The notes beneath the pieces are model-generated. The model worked only from the letters and a program-made list of their open reading frames with translations, was not told the origin of the DNA and searched no databases. From Verrucomicrobiota bacterium (GTDB lineage Bacteria > Verrucomicrobiota > Verrucomicrobiia > Limisphaerales > SIBE01), in NCBI GenBank assembly GCA_016209525.1, contig JACQWK010000178.1:2176-66175 (forward strand): a stretch of DNA of 64,000 nucleotides. Direction: 5' to 3'. Below are positions 1 through 10,420 of this stretch, in pieces. How positions within the stretch are numbered: position 1 is the stretch's first letter; the number at the start of each line of letters is the position of its first letter. The position numbers and the translations under genes are program-made.

Positions 1-1
1 G

Positions 2-1453
2 GAGTTCTTTGTCCGGAGCTACCGTTCGGGCGAGTTTGTCGAGGCCGCCTTTAAACAAGGGTTGCTCAAGACGGAAAAGAAGGGCAAAGCGCCCAAAGAC
101 GCCGACGGCACGTTCATTCGTTTCGAGCCGGACCCCGCGATTTTCAAAGAGACGGAGTTCAAGCCAGAACACGTGGAGCGGCGCTTGCGCCATTACTCCT
201 ATCTCAACACCGGCTTGAAGCTGTTATACAACGGCAAGGTCTTCCAATCGCGCAACGGCTTGCTGGACCTGGTGATGGAGGATTTGTCGCGCGACAACAG
301 CGAGCCGATTTATCCGCCGCTGCACTACACCAGCAAGATGCTGGAATTCTGCTTCACTCACTGCAACAGCCGTTACGGCGAGACGTTCTTCTCGTTCGTC
401 AACGGCCAATACACGAGCGATGGCGGCACACATTTAAGCGCGTTCCGCGAGGGCCTGCTCAAGGCCGTGAATGAGTATTCCAAGGGCGGTTACGAAGGCG
501 ACGATGTGCGGGAAGCGATGGCCGGCGCCGTCGCCATCCGCCTCAAAGACCCGGTCTTCGAGTCCCAGACCAAGAACAAACTCGGCAATACCGAAATCCG
601 TTCGGACTTGGTCAACAAGGTCCGGGAGGAACTCCTCCACTTCTTTCATCGCAACAAAGAGATTGCCGAGAAGATCATCGCCAAGGTCGAAAACAACCGC
701 CAGCTCCGCAAGGAACTCCAAGAGGTCAAAAAACTGGCGCGGGAGCGGGCGAAGGCTGTGACGATCCGCATCCCACAGCTCAAGGACTGCAAGATTCACC
801 TGGATAAGAAGCGCAACAAAGGCGGCGAGTCGATGATCTTCATCACCGAGGGGCAGAGCGCGGCCGGTTCCATTGTTAGTTGCCGCGACGTGAATACCCA
901 GGCCATCTTCGTCCTCAAAGGCAAGCCGTTAAACGTTTGGGACCTTAAGCGTGACATCGTCTATAAAAACGACGAGCTCTACAATCTCATGCGCAGCCTC
1001 GACATCGAGGACACCATCGAGGGTCTGCGTTACGCGAAGGTGATTCTCGCCACCGACGCCGACGTGGACGGTTTGCACATCCGCAATCTGATGATCACAT
1101 ACTTCTTTCGCTTCTTCGATCAACTGGTGCATGATGGCCATCTCTACGTGCTCGAGACGCCGTTGTTCCGCGTGCGCAATAAAGAAAAGTCGATTTACTG
1201 CTATGCCGAAGCCGAGCGCGATGCAGGCGCCGAAACGCTGGGCAAAAGCGCGGAGATCACGCGCTTCAAGGGGCTGGGTGAAATTAGCCCGAACGAATTC
1301 AAGCAGTTCATCGGCCCGGAAATGCGGCTGAGCCAAGTCGAGTACGCGCCCAAGCCGGATTCGGCGTCCATCCTGGGCTTCTACATGGGCAAGAACACCC
1401 CTGAACGCAAAGACTACATCATGGAAAACCTGGTGGTTCCGATCGAAGAGTAG
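2..1453 (+). CDS. Type IIA DNA topoisomerase subunit B (GyrB/ParE family), 5' end outside window
   Basis: Frame is open from nt 2 upstream of the listed Met at 62. Toprim/tail motifs 'EGQSAAGS', 'ILATDADVDGLHIRNL', 'FKGLGE'. Stop TAG at 1451-1453. Confidence 0.9.
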   Translation, partial: EFFVRSYRSGEFVEAAFKQGLLKTEKKGKAPKDADGTFIRFEPDPAIFKETEFKPEHVERRLRHYSYLNTGLKLLYNGKVFQSRNGLLDLVMEDLSRDNSEPIYPPLHYTSKMLEFCFTHCNSRYGETFFSFVNGQYTSDGGTHLSAFREGLLKAVNEYSKGGYEGDDVREAMAGAVAIRLKDPVFESQTKNKLGNTEIRSDLVNKVREELLHFFHRNKEIAEKIIAKVENNRQLRKELQEVKKLARERAKAVTIRIPQLKDCKIHLDKKRNKGGESMIFITEGQSAAGSIVSCRDVNTQAIFVLKGKPLNVWDLKRDIVYKNDELYNLMRSLDIEDTIEGLRYAKVILATDADVDGLHIRNLMITYFFRFFDQLVHDGHLYVLETPLFRVRNKEKSIYCYAEAERDAGAETLGKSAEITRFKGLGEISPNEFKQFIGPEMRLSQVEYAPKPDSASILGFYMGKNTPERKDYIMENLVVPIEE

Positions 1454-1526
1454 CAGCGTGTATCAAGAGCAGGTCAACCATCCTGCTTGGCTCCAATTGT
1501 TCGTTTACCGGACGCGCATCATGTTG

Positions 1527-1600
1527 GTAGGGACAGCGCGCCTGCGCCGTCCCCGCCGCGTGCAGCGGCGGAACAGTGTGAGTTGCCGACACGGAATCAC
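1527..1600. repeat. Half copy of the palindromic MITE-like element seen complete at 37880-38078
   Basis: 'gtagggacagcgcgcctgcgccgtccccgccgcgtgcagcggcggaacag' closely matches the reverse complement of 37990-38040. It produces spurious 'GTARLRRPRRVQRRN' ORFs. Confidence 0.7.
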
Positions 1601-1702
1601 GCCGTCGCCTTGGATCGCTAGAGCTATGTCAATCGAGCGTCAGAGCCTCCTCACGTCGGCTGCTGCGTCTAATTGATCTTTGCATTCGAATATGGACCGC
1701 TG

Positions 1703-1771
1703 CCCCTCTCCCGGCGCTGATGAAGGCGAAGCCGGTGAATAACGCGGGGAGAGGGTTGAACGGTGAGGGGC
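1703..1771. repeat. GC-rich REP-like hairpin (family also at 20931-20985)
   Basis: Inverted arms 'cctctcccggcgc' / 'gcggggagagg' around 'gaaggcgaagccggtgaat'. A near-identical unit lies downstream of the ArsR-family gene. Confidence 0.7.
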
Positions 1772-1822
1772 TATTGGGCAATTCAGCGCAAATGGCTATG
1801 CAACCATTCCTGAGGCCTTCCA

Positions 1823-3226
1823 TCACTCGTATCGCAAAGCCTGAATCGGATCGAGTTTCGCGGCTTTGAAAGCCGGGACAAGGCCGGCCAGGACGCCGAC
1901 CAAAGCGCTGAACACGAATGCAATCGCCATCGCGGGCAAGGTGATGACGGGCGTGTTCTCGGTCGGCGAGAGCATCGTGAGGACATTGACCAGGCCGTAG
2001 GAAGTGATGAGCCCGGTCAATCCGCCGAGCAAAGCAATCACGATGCTTTCGATCAGGATTTGGATGAAGACGTCCACATGGGTTGCGCCGATGGCCTTAC
2101 GGATGCCAATTTCACGGATCCTTTCCGTGATGCTGGCGAGCATGATGTTCATGATCCCAATGCCGCCCACCAGAAGGCTGATCGCGGCGATGAAGCCGCC
2201 GCTCATGCGCGCGTTGCGGATGGCGGTCGTAATGTTCTCCGACCAGTTTTCTTGCGTCTGGAAGGCGAAGTCCTCGACGCCTTTGTGGGTGTGCATCATG
2301 ACGTTCTTTGCCTGTTGCAGAGCCGGTTCCAGCAACTCGATGTCCGCGACTTTGATGTAGAGGCTGGAGAGACGCGGGTCGGGAATGGCATTGGTTCCGG
2401 AGCCGCCCGAACGGAACTTAATCCACATGGTGTTGAGCGGAATGTAAATGGTTGAATTTTTCGAGCCATAGACCCAGCTATTGGGCCCGCCGCGCCCGCT
2501 GCCCCAGCCCCGGCGGCGTTCGGGACCGGTTTGCACCTGTTTGGGCTGGTCTTTTTCCAACTCGCGCAACTTTCGGTCCTGTTCACTCTCGTAGCGCTGG
2601 AACATGCCGATGATGCGGAACGGTTGGTTATTGATGTTCAAGTACTGGCCGATCGGGATGATTTCCTCTCCGACTTCTTCGGGCGCCCCAAAAAGCTGGT
2701 CGCGGATGTTGGTGCCGATGACACAGACGTTCCAGGCGTTTTCGTCGTCGATTTCGTTGAACATCCGGCCGTGCTCGATGACGTGCTGGTTCATTTCAAG
2801 CGCGCTTGGCCAAGTACCGTAGAGCCGCACTTCGCGGACCGTGCGAACGCCGCGCGAGACGATGGTACTCCCTCGGCCACCTCCGCCACCGAAACCCCCG
2901 GAGGAAATTCTCATTTCCGGAGTCACCAACTGGATGAGCGGAGCGGAGCGCTGCAACGCATAGACATCGTGGATTGTGCAACCCACGGCTTGATCTTCCA
3001 AATGCCGCTGCTCGACCGGGATGTCTTGTTCCTCCACGCGGACCTTCTCCAAGCCCCCAATCGCGATGAGCGCTTCTTTCATCCCGTTCTCCATTCCTTT
3101 CACGAGCGCGGACATGGCCACCAGACTTGAGACACCGAGGATGATCCCCAGCATCGTCAGCAACGATCGGAACTTGTGCGCCCAGATTTCCTTCAACCCG
3201 ATGCTGATCGCGTTCAAAAGGTTCAT
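1823..3226 (-). CDS. ABC transporter permease, MacB/FtsX type
   Basis: N-terminal TM 'FRSLLTMLGIILGVSSLVAM', large extracytoplasmic domain, C-terminal FtsX module 'ERIREIGIRKAIGA'. Lies 3 nt downstream of the ATPase gene. Confidence 0.9.
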   Translation of the reverse strand: MNLLNAISIGLKEIWAHKFRSLLTMLGIILGVSSLVAMSALVKGMENGMKEALIAIGGLEKVRVEEQDIPVEQRHLEDQAVGCTIHDVYALQRSAPLIQLVTPEMRISSGGFGGGGGRGSTIVSRGVRTVREVRLYGTWPSALEMNQHVIEHGRMFNEIDDENAWNVCVIGTNIRDQLFGAPEEVGEEIIPIGQYLNINNQPFRIIGMFQRYESEQDRKLRELEKDQPKQVQTGPERRRGWGSGRGGPNSWVYGSKNSTIYIPLNTMWIKFRSGGSGTNAIPDPRLSSLYIKVADIELLEPALQQAKNVMMHTHKGVEDFAFQTQENWSENITTAIRNARMSGGFIAAISLLVGGIGIMNIMLASITERIREIGIRKAIGATHVDVFIQILIESIVIALLGGLTGLITSYGLVNVLTMLSPTENTPVITLPAMAIAFVFSALVGVLAGLVPAFKAAKLDPIQALRYE

Positions 3227-3229
3227 GGT

Positions 3230-3931
3230 TTAATTTCGAAGGCCGGCCAGCGTGGCGTCCACGTGTTTGGCGATCTTTCCGTCTCGAATCTCGATCCGCC
3301 GGGGCGTGACCGAAGCGATGTCCGGATCGTGCGTGACGAGGGCGATGGTCCGCCCCTCCTGGCTGAGTTTTCGGAACAACTCCAAAATCGCATGGCCCGT
3401 GTGCGAGTCAAGGTTGCCCGTCGGTTCGTCCGCGAACACGATCTTGGGGTGGTTCACCAGGGCGCGCGCGATGGCGACGCGTTGCTGCTGGCCGCCGGAA
3501 AGCTGCATGGGCCGATGCTTGCTGCGGTTCTCTAAGCCTACCAGTTTGAGCGCGTCCATCGCCCTGTTTTTCCGTTCCCGGGCCGGAAGACCGCTGTAAA
3601 CCATGGGCAACTCGACGTTCTGCATCACGTTCAGTTTGGGCAGCAGGTTAAAAAACTGAAAGACGAAGCCGATCTTCTGATTGCGAATCCTGGCCAACTC
3701 GCGAGAAGTGGCGTCTTGGATCATCGTGCCGTCAAGCTGGATGGTTCCCCGGCTCGGAGAATCCAGGCAGCCCAGAATGTGCATCAAAGTCGATTTGCCG
3801 CTGCCCGATGGGCCGATGATGGAAATGAATTCTCCCGAATGAATATCCAGCGACACGTCGTCCAGAGCGCGGATTTCCTCGCCGCCCAAGTGATAAATCT
3901 TGCTGACGTTGCGAAGCTCGACTAAAGCCAC
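3230..3931 (-). CDS. ABC transporter ATP-binding protein (MacB/LolD-type)
   Basis: Walker A 'GPSGSGKST', signature '[15 protein letters not shown]', Walker B 'IVFADEPTGNLD', H-loop 'VTHD'. Confidence 0.95.
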   Translation of the reverse strand: MALVELRNVSKIYHLGGEEIRALDDVSLDIHSGEFISIIGPSGSGKSTLMHILGCLDSPSRGTIQLDGTMIQDATSRELARIRNQKIGFVFQFFNLLPKLNVMQNVELPMVYSGLPARERKNRAMDALKLVGLENRSKHRPMQLSGGQQQRVAIARALVNHPKIVFADEPTGNLDSHTGHAILELFRKLSQEGRTIALVTHDPDIASVTPRRIEIRDGKIAKHVDATLAGLRN

Positions 3932-3996
3932 GGCGAATTCTGGCGTTGATGATTCAGTGTCGTTCGGGAGGAGCAGTGGGAGAAGCGATAAGTCCT

Positions 3997-5319
3997 CTAC
4001 CGTCCAAAACCAATCGCCGAAGTGGGGCGAGCCCCTCCTAGGCCGGTCCCGCCGGATCGCGGCGAACTTCCTCCGCGAGGAGGAGCCGACCGCTGGCGAT
4101 CGCTTCCCCCAGGGCCGTCCGGTTTCAACCGCGCTGCGCCACCGCCCGGCCTTTGTCCTGGACTGCCGCCACCTTCAGTTCCTCCGGGCCGGCTTGTGAC
4201 CAACCCCGAGGCACCCGCTGCGGACGACCCGCGTGCGGCTCTGAACCCTCTGTCCTCCAAAGAAACGATGTCTCCTGCCTGGAGCCCAGTCAGGACTTCG
4301 GCATAATCGTAGTCGGCGATCCCAATCTGAATGGCTTGCTTTTGAAAAGTCCCGTCCCTGTTCACAAGCGCAAACCGTTCGCCTTGCTCTGTGAAGACGG
4401 CGGCCAACGGCACGGCGACTGCGTTTTCGGACGACGCCACGGGGATGGACAGATGCGCGGTCATGCCGGGGCGAACTCGCGGGTCGATATCTTTTTCGTT
4501 GATGCGTATCCTGGCCGGATATCCTTTGACGCTGTTTTTGATCGTCGATTGAGGGGCGACGCGCTCGACAACTCCCCTCAGGCTCAAACCGGGAACCGAT
4601 TCCACCATTATCTCCACCTCCTGACCTGTGGACAAGCGGGTCACGTCAGCTTGATTCACATGGGCGTTCACGATCATGTTCCCCAAGTCCGCGATCGTGA
4701 GCACTTCGGTCCCGCTGTTGAACCCACCCGACCCGGACACCGCTTGGCCGACCGACACCGGCCGGGTCAAAACCGTGCAATCGAAGGGAGCCTCCACCTT
4801 CGTTTTCTTGAGCCGGTCCTCGAGCAAGCTTAGGTTCTTTTGCGCCCGGTCCAACGCATTCTTGGCGAGTTCGTACTCGGTCTTGGTATCCTCGTAGAGC
4901 TCCTTGGAAATAAGCTCCGCCTCAAACAATTCCTTGCTTCGTTCAAAATTCCGCGCGCCTTTATCCAGTTGGAGCCGGGCGCCTTCGATTTCCGTTTCCC
5001 GCGATTGTTTCTCGATCTGCAAATCGGAATCGTCCAGAGTGAAGAGTATGTCTCCCTTCTTGGCGCGATCACCAATATCCACGTTGAGAACCTCAATGCG
5101 ACCGTTGATCTCGGGACGGACGGAGACTTGTTCCGCGGGGCCAATTTCGCCGGCCGCTGTGACTTTGAACTGGATGCTCCGATGCTCAACGACGGCCGTT
5201 GTTGCGCGATCTGCTAAATTCGCCGGGGTGTCTGTATCCGGCTTGAGGTCAGGCCAATTCTGGAGGGCCCAATACCCGCCGCCGACAGCGACGACGGCGA
5301 TGACAATCCATTTCTTCAT
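3997..5319 (-). CDS. Efflux periplasmic adaptor (HlyD/MacA family) with G/P/R-rich C-terminal tail
   Basis: Signal anchor 'MKKWIVIAVVAVGG' (start moved to Met20 of the track ORF). Lipoyl/coiled-coil/beta-barrel layout. Operonic with the ATPase and permease. Confidence 0.85.
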   Translation of the reverse strand: MKKWIVIAVVAVGGGYWALQNWPDLKPDTDTPANLADRATTAVVEHRSIQFKVTAAGEIGPAEQVSVRPEINGRIEVLNVDIGDRAKKGDILFTLDDSDLQIEKQSRETEIEGARLQLDKGARNFERSKELFEAELISKELYEDTKTEYELAKNALDRAQKNLSLLEDRLKKTKVEAPFDCTVLTRPVSVGQAVSGSGGFNSGTEVLTIADLGNMIVNAHVNQADVTRLSTGQEVEIMVESVPGLSLRGVVERVAPQSTIKNSVKGYPARIRINEKDIDPRVRPGMTAHLSIPVASSENAVAVPLAAVFTEQGERFALVNRDGTFQKQAIQIGIADYDYAEVLTGLQAGDIVSLEDRGFRAARGSSAAGASGLVTSRPGGTEGGGSPGQRPGGGAARLKPDGPGGSDRQRSAPPRGGSSPRSGGTGLGGARPTSAIGFGR

Positions 5320-5498
5320 GATCAATGCGAACTGCGGCAGCGAGCTTACGCTACCGCCAAACAGGATTCCGTGCAACCACTTGCTGGCTATGGCTCAGTG
5401 CAAACTTGTTCGATGTTTGGTGTCGGCGCCACACTCGTGGAACCAGGTCTGAATAGTGCAGACTCGTAAAGCTCGCTAAAAATTCATATTATGTCCAA

Positions 5499-7328
5499 GT
5501 GAGCATTTGGCTCGAGACTTCCCGGCGGGCGTTCACCGCGGCCAAGAGTTTCGTCCAGGAACATTGGCAGTATTTTCTGCGTCTTCGCGAGCGGCTGAGG
5601 TTTGGCGAAGAAACAGTTCACCTCTGCTTGGCCGGTGTCGTGGGAGTGATCGGAGGATTTACCAACCCTCTCTTCCAAATTTTCACGGAATGGGCGCAAC
5701 TGCTCGGCCTTCGGCATACCGGAGATTTAGTCGAGGTGGTCGGATCCTTCGAGCCCTGGGAACGCCTGCTTATCCCTCCGGTCGGCGGCTTGGTGGCCGG
5801 CTTGATTCTCTATTGGGGACTCCGGTTGGTCGGCCCGCAAGGTTCCACCAACATTCTGGAAGTGATTGTGGCGGGCGACGGAAGATTGCCGATGCGCACC
5901 GCGTTGGTGAAAGCTCTCTCCTCCATCCTCAGTATTGCCACAGGCGCCTCGCTGGGGCGTGAGGGATCGATCACCCAACTTGCCGCCACGTTCGCTTCCA
6001 AAGGAGGTCAGCTCGCGGGCTGGCATCCCTATCGACTTCGGCTGTTGGTGGCCTGCGGCGCGGCCTCCGGTCTCGCGGCGGCCTACAATGCGCCGGTGGC
6101 CGGCGCTGTCTTTGCCGCGCAGATCGTCCTGGGCAACTTTTCGATGAACCTGTTCGCTCCGCTGGTCTTCGCGTCGGTCGTCGCGACCATGGTTTCGCGC
6201 AGCTTCTTCGGGATCGACCCGTGGTACAAAGTCCCGTCGTTCGAGTTTCCGAGTTTAGGCCAACTGCCTTGGTTCGTCCTTCTGGGCGGATTGTCGGGAG
6301 GTCTTGGGGCAGTCTTCCTGAAGATGTTGCGCTATTGTGAGGATCTTTTCGTCCGGCTCGAATGGCCTGTTTACGGGCGGCTGGCTCTGGGGGGGCTCTG
6401 GGTGGGGGTACTGGCGATGTTCCTGCCGGAAGTTTGCGGGAACGGATACAGTGTCACCAATCGAATTCTCCACGACGAGTTTCTCTCAACTCCGCTTCCC
6501 GTCTTGGTTTTGTTGGGGATTCTTTTGGCCAAGCTCGTCGCCACGGTGGTCACGGTCGGTTCCGGAGCGGTGGGCGGCGTCTTTACTCCGACCCTCTTTC
6601 TGGGGGCAGGGCTTGGCAGCTTGTTTGGCTTGGTCATTCATTCCGTCGGATGGGCCCAGGAGCTCCAGGTGGGCGCCTTTGCCCTGGTCGGCATGGGGAG
6701 CATGCTGGCCGCCACGATCCATTCGCCACTTTTGGCGGTCATCATGATTTTTGAGATCTCGCTCAATTATTCTCTCATGCCGCCGCTCATGCTCGCTTGC
6801 GTGGTGTCGGCGCTCTCGGCGCGCCGTTTTCATGCGGAATCCATCTACACAGAGCCGTTGCGCCGGAAAGGACTCGAGGTCGAGCGCGAAAGTCAGCGCT
6901 TCGGCGCGGCGACGATGCAAACGGTTGGAGATTTGATGCGCGAGCCGGTCCGGCCTCTTCGGGAGACGGCCACGTTCCGCGAAATTGCGGATCGTTTTCT
7001 CACTTGTCCGAACAATTTCCTCCCGGTCGTGGATGGCGGCCAACAGCTTCTCGGCGTGGTGGCGTTGCAGGATCTGAAAGAGTATCTAACCGCAGGCCAA
7101 GAGCTCAATAGCGTGATTGCCTACGACATCATGCGCGCTCCGCCACGGTGTCTGACGCCAAATCAAAGGCTTCTGGACGTGCTTCCAATTCTCTTGGCCA
7201 GCGAACTGCGGAACATCCCCGTCGTCAACAATCACGCCGAGTCGAAGTTGGTGGGCAACGTGGTTCGGGCGGAAGCGCTGGCCTTGCTCTCTGAAGCGAT
7301 CTCCAACCGCGCTCTGCCGGCAGCCTGA
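5499..7328 (+). CDS. ClC-family chloride channel / H+-Cl- antiporter with C-terminal CBS pair
   Basis: Selectivity motifs 'GREGSITQ' and 'GVFTPTLFLGAGLG'; many TM helices; C-terminal CBS-like repeats. GTG start at 5499. Confidence 0.9.
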   Translation: MSIWLETSRRAFTAAKSFVQEHWQYFLRLRERLRFGEETVHLCLAGVVGVIGGFTNPLFQIFTEWAQLLGLRHTGDLVEVVGSFEPWERLLIPPVGGLVAGLILYWGLRLVGPQGSTNILEVIVAGDGRLPMRTALVKALSSILSIATGASLGREGSITQLAATFASKGGQLAGWHPYRLRLLVACGAASGLAAAYNAPVAGAVFAAQIVLGNFSMNLFAPLVFASVVATMVSRSFFGIDPWYKVPSFEFPSLGQLPWFVLLGGLSGGLGAVFLKMLRYCEDLFVRLEWPVYGRLALGGLWVGVLAMFLPEVCGNGYSVTNRILHDEFLSTPLPVLVLLGILLAKLVATVVTVGSGAVGGVFTPTLFLGAGLGSLFGLVIHSVGWAQELQVGAFALVGMGSMLAATIHSPLLAVIMIFEISLNYSLMPPLMLACVVSALSARRFHAESIYTEPLRRKGLEVERESQRFGAATMQTVGDLMREPVRPLRETATFREIADRFLTCPNNFLPVVDGGQQLLGVVALQDLKEYLTAGQELNSVIAYDIMRAPPRCLTPNQRLLDVLPILLASELRNIPVVNNHAESKLVGNVVRAEALALLSEAISNRALPAA

Positions 7329-7492
7329 TGCGCGTTCCGGGGTTTCACCGACGATCAGCTCGGTTTGCCATCCGCGAGACGCTCGGAATTTTACAGAGAG
7401 ATTACAGAAATGTAACGCTCCGGTTCGAAACTTCCTCCCAGGCATCGGTGTCTAGTAGAGCAGGCAAAAGTGATATCTGAACTCGCAATCGT

Positions 7493-7822
7493 ATGAGTGC
7501 AACGAAGCTGGAGATTGTCTGGGTGAGTACAGACCGCCGGGTTGCGTTCCGGGCCGAACTCAGAATGGCGGAGACTCTAGGTCAAGAAGCGACTCAGCGA
7601 AGCCACATCCGGGAGCTCTCTTCGAGCAGGACCGCGTTGCGGTGTCCGAATTGTGCCTCGATCGTTTATAGCCGGCGAAACAAGGCCTGCGGCGTTTGCA
7701 GCGAAACATTGCCGGCGCATTTCCTTTTCACGCCGATTGAAGCGGAACGGATCGAAAACCTGTTGGCGGAAGAGCGGGAGCGTCACAGGATATGGATGAG
7801 ACGAAGTTCAGGCGGGCGTTGA
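7493..7822 (+). CDS. Small hypothetical zinc-ribbon protein
   Basis: 'CPNC...17 aa...CGVC' four-Cys ribbon. No family recognised. Confidence 0.4.
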   Translation: MSATKLEIVWVSTDRRVAFRAELRMAETLGQEATQRSHIRELSSSRTALRCPNCASIVYSRRNKACGVCSETLPAHFLFTPIEAERIENLLAEERERHRIWMRRSSGGR

Positions 7823-7947
7823 GGACAAACCATTTTCAAAGCGCGCAGGTCAAGCTTGTGCCCGGAATTCCTTCAAAGTTTTCAAAGGCTCACCCACAGG
7901 GAGGCCGGCAACGGTCCGGCCAAGCTTGATCTCCGCTTTGATGCCAG

Positions 7948-8625
7948 ATGATACGGCAAGATTACATCCTGGAATGGATCAAACGCTACGTGCGATGGCT
8001 CGCCGAGATCATGGGACTGGTCAAGGCGCAGGACTACGAAGCGGCTATCCGGCGCATCGACCTGGCGTTGCGAACGCTCCTGGAAGTGGGTCCCGACTCC
8101 GTCACGAATCTTGCCGAGGGGGAAATCCTGGCGCGCCTGACGATGGGAGAGTTGGGTCCGCCCGTCGAAGACAAGTGCATGGTGCTGGCGGCATTGCTGA
8201 AACAACTGGGCCTGGTGAGCGCCGCACAGCAGCGCTTGGACCTGAGCCGCGACTGCTTCGTCAAAGCGCTGCATTTGGTCTTGGGCCTGAAGTTGTCCGC
8301 CGAAGGCACGGACCTTGCGGAGTTCGTCCCAACCGTTGAGGAACTCGTGGAAGCCCTGCAGAGTGATGATCTGCCGCCACGCACCCATGGCGCGTTGATG
8401 CTCTACTATGAGCAGGCTGGAGAGTTCGCGAAAGCAGAGGACGCCTTGTTTGCTCTTCAGGACGCTGCTCCCGGCAATGCCGACGCCGTGCAAGCCGGGA
8501 TTGGTTTCTATGAACGCCTGCTCGCCTTGAGTGACGCCACGCTCACGGCGGGCGATCTGCCCCGCCCTGAAGTTGAAGCCGGATTAGCGCAGATTCGCAA
8601 GATGGGCTCCGGTGAAGTGAAGTGA
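7948..8625 (+). CDS. Hypothetical all-helical (TPR-like) protein
   Basis: 225-aa ORF with helical-repeat-like composition. No catalytic motif recognised. Confidence 0.5.
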   Translation: MIRQDYILEWIKRYVRWLAEIMGLVKAQDYEAAIRRIDLALRTLLEVGPDSVTNLAEGEILARLTMGELGPPVEDKCMVLAALLKQLGLVSAAQQRLDLSRDCFVKALHLVLGLKLSAEGTDLAEFVPTVEELVEALQSDDLPPRTHGALMLYYEQAGEFAKAEDALFALQDAAPGNADAVQAGIGFYERLLALSDATLTAGDLPRPEVEAGLAQIRKMGSGEVK

Positions 8626-8927
8626 ATGCGAAGCACCACCATCACGAACGGACGCCATCCATTCACATGAGCAGAAGAAAGGTCAGGCCTGAGCAGAGAC
8701 CTCCGCTTCCCAACGACTCGGCAGATGCACAGCGCGGCCCCGGTGGCCTCGATTTCTGAAAGGGGGCCACCCCCAAGGACACCGTACTCTCCAGCTCCGA
8801 GAACGGCTCCCTCCTGTCTTCGGCGATCTCGACAGTCGCGCGGAGCGGGAACACCACACGCACTGAAACCGACTTCCTGTAACTTTTATCCGGTTCGCGG
8901 CTCGAATCTCTTGAACAAGAATCCGCC

Positions 8928-9173
8928 ATGAAATGTCAGGACCTGCTCAGGGAATTGAACGAATACGTGGATGGCACGCTCGACCCGTCCATCTGCGAGG
9001 AGTTCGAAAAACACATGGCCGGCTGCAACCCCTGCCAGGTGGTCGTGGACAACCTCCGCAAGACCATCAGGCTTTACAAAGCGGGCCAGCCGTATGAGTT
9101 GCCGGTCAAATTTCGAGAGAAGTTGCACGCAGTCCTGCGGAAGAAATGGAAAGAAACCCACGCGCCGAAATGA
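8928..9173 (+). CDS. Anti-sigma factor, zf-HC2 type (no cognate sigma gene adjacent)
   Basis: 'H-x3-C-x2-C' motif in 'FEKHMAGCNPCQ', with the typical N-terminus 'MKCQDLLRELNEYVDGTL'. Confidence 0.75.
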   Translation: MKCQDLLRELNEYVDGTLDPSICEEFEKHMAGCNPCQVVVDNLRKTIRLYKAGQPYELPVKFREKLHAVLRKKWKETHAPK

Positions 9174-9208
9174 GTCGGATCTGCTTTGGCCTCAGAACAT
9201 CTCCACTC

Positions 9209-10420
9209 ATGCCAACCACGACCACTCCCTCACACCCCAAGCCTGCTAGTCCCAGGCGGTCTCCGCCAATCCGCCCCTGGTTCCGCTCCGCACTGAAACT
9301 CCTCATCTTAGTCGCCGTGGCTGGGACATTCGTTTACAGACTGAAGCTCTCGCCGGTTTCTGTGGTAGCGCATCAGGTTGCGCGTGGCCCCGTGGTGGCC
9401 GAAGTGATGGGCACCGGCACGCTTGAGGCGCGAGTCGAAGCCACGATCAGCCCGAAAATCCAAGGCCGGCTGGCTGAGTTGCTCGTGGACCAGAATGACC
9501 GCGTCGAAGCTGGGCAGCCGCTCGGCCGGCTCGATGACGCCGAGTGGAAGGAGCAAGTGGCGGTCGCCAAGGCTGGCCTCGACGCGGCGATGGCCACGGT
9601 CGAGCGCGTCCGGGCCGATGAAGCTCGAACGCAGGCCGTCCTCAACCAGGCTCAACTCGACCACGCACGCGCGTTGGATTTGCGCAAGGCCAACGTCGCG
9701 GCCCAGGCTGACCTGGACAAAGCCGTCGAAAGCCTGCGCGTGGGCGAAGCCGATCTAAATCGGGCCTTGGCCGCCATCACCGAAGCCGAACGCCAGCGGG
9801 TGACGGCGGAAAAGACATTGGCCTACCACCAGGCACGGCTGGCCGACACGCAATTATTGAGTCCCTTCGATGGTCTGGTCGTCCGGCGGGATCGTGATCC
9901 CGGCGACGTAGTGGTGCCCGGAAGTTCCATTCTTCAACTGATTTCCACCAACGAACTGTGGATCTCCGCCTGGGTGGATGAGACCGCGATGGCTGATCTG
10001 TCCCCCGGGCAAAAAGCCCGAGTGGTCTTCCGTTCCGAACCGGCGAGGAGCTACATCGGTGAAGTCGCGCGTCTGGGCCGTCAGACCGATCGCGAGACGC
10101 GCGAGTTCCTCGTGGATGTCCGAGTCACGGAACTGCCCGCGAACTGGGCTGTGGGCCAGCGGGCGGAAGTCTATATCGAAACGGCCCGAAAGCCCTCGAC
10201 GTTGGTGATTCCAAAGGGCTTTGTCGCGTGGCGCGAGGGCAAACCGGGTACGTTCGTCGATGTGGACGGCAAAGCGCGGTGGAAAGATGTCTCCCTCGGA
10301 CTCCAGAATGAAGCCTTCATCGAGGTCCGGCAGGGTTTGCACGAAGGCGAACATGTCGTCAAGCCGGGCGGCGGCAAACGCCCTGCGCTCGCGGATGGCC
10401 AGCGTATCAAGGAATCATGA
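9209..10420 (+). CDS. Efflux periplasmic adaptor (HlyD/DevB-like)
   Basis: TM anchor 'LKLLILVAVAGTFVY', long coiled-coil segment, beta-barrel. Start set to the Met after the upstream stop. Stop overlaps the next start (ATGA at 10417-10420). Confidence 0.85.
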   Translation: MPTTTTPSHPKPASPRRSPPIRPWFRSALKLLILVAVAGTFVYRLKLSPVSVVAHQVARGPVVAEVMGTGTLEARVEATISPKIQGRLAELLVDQNDRVEAGQPLGRLDDAEWKEQVAVAKAGLDAAMATVERVRADEARTQAVLNQAQLDHARALDLRKANVAAQADLDKAVESLRVGEADLNRALAAITEAERQRVTAEKTLAYHQARLADTQLLSPFDGLVVRRDRDPGDVVVPGSSILQLISTNELWISAWVDETAMADLSPGQKARVVFRSEPARSYIGEVARLGRQTDRETREFLVDVRVTELPANWAVGQRAEVYIETARKPSTLVIPKGFVAWREGKPGTFVDVDGKARWKDVSLGLQNEAFIEVRQGLHEGEHVVKPGGGKRPALADGQRIKES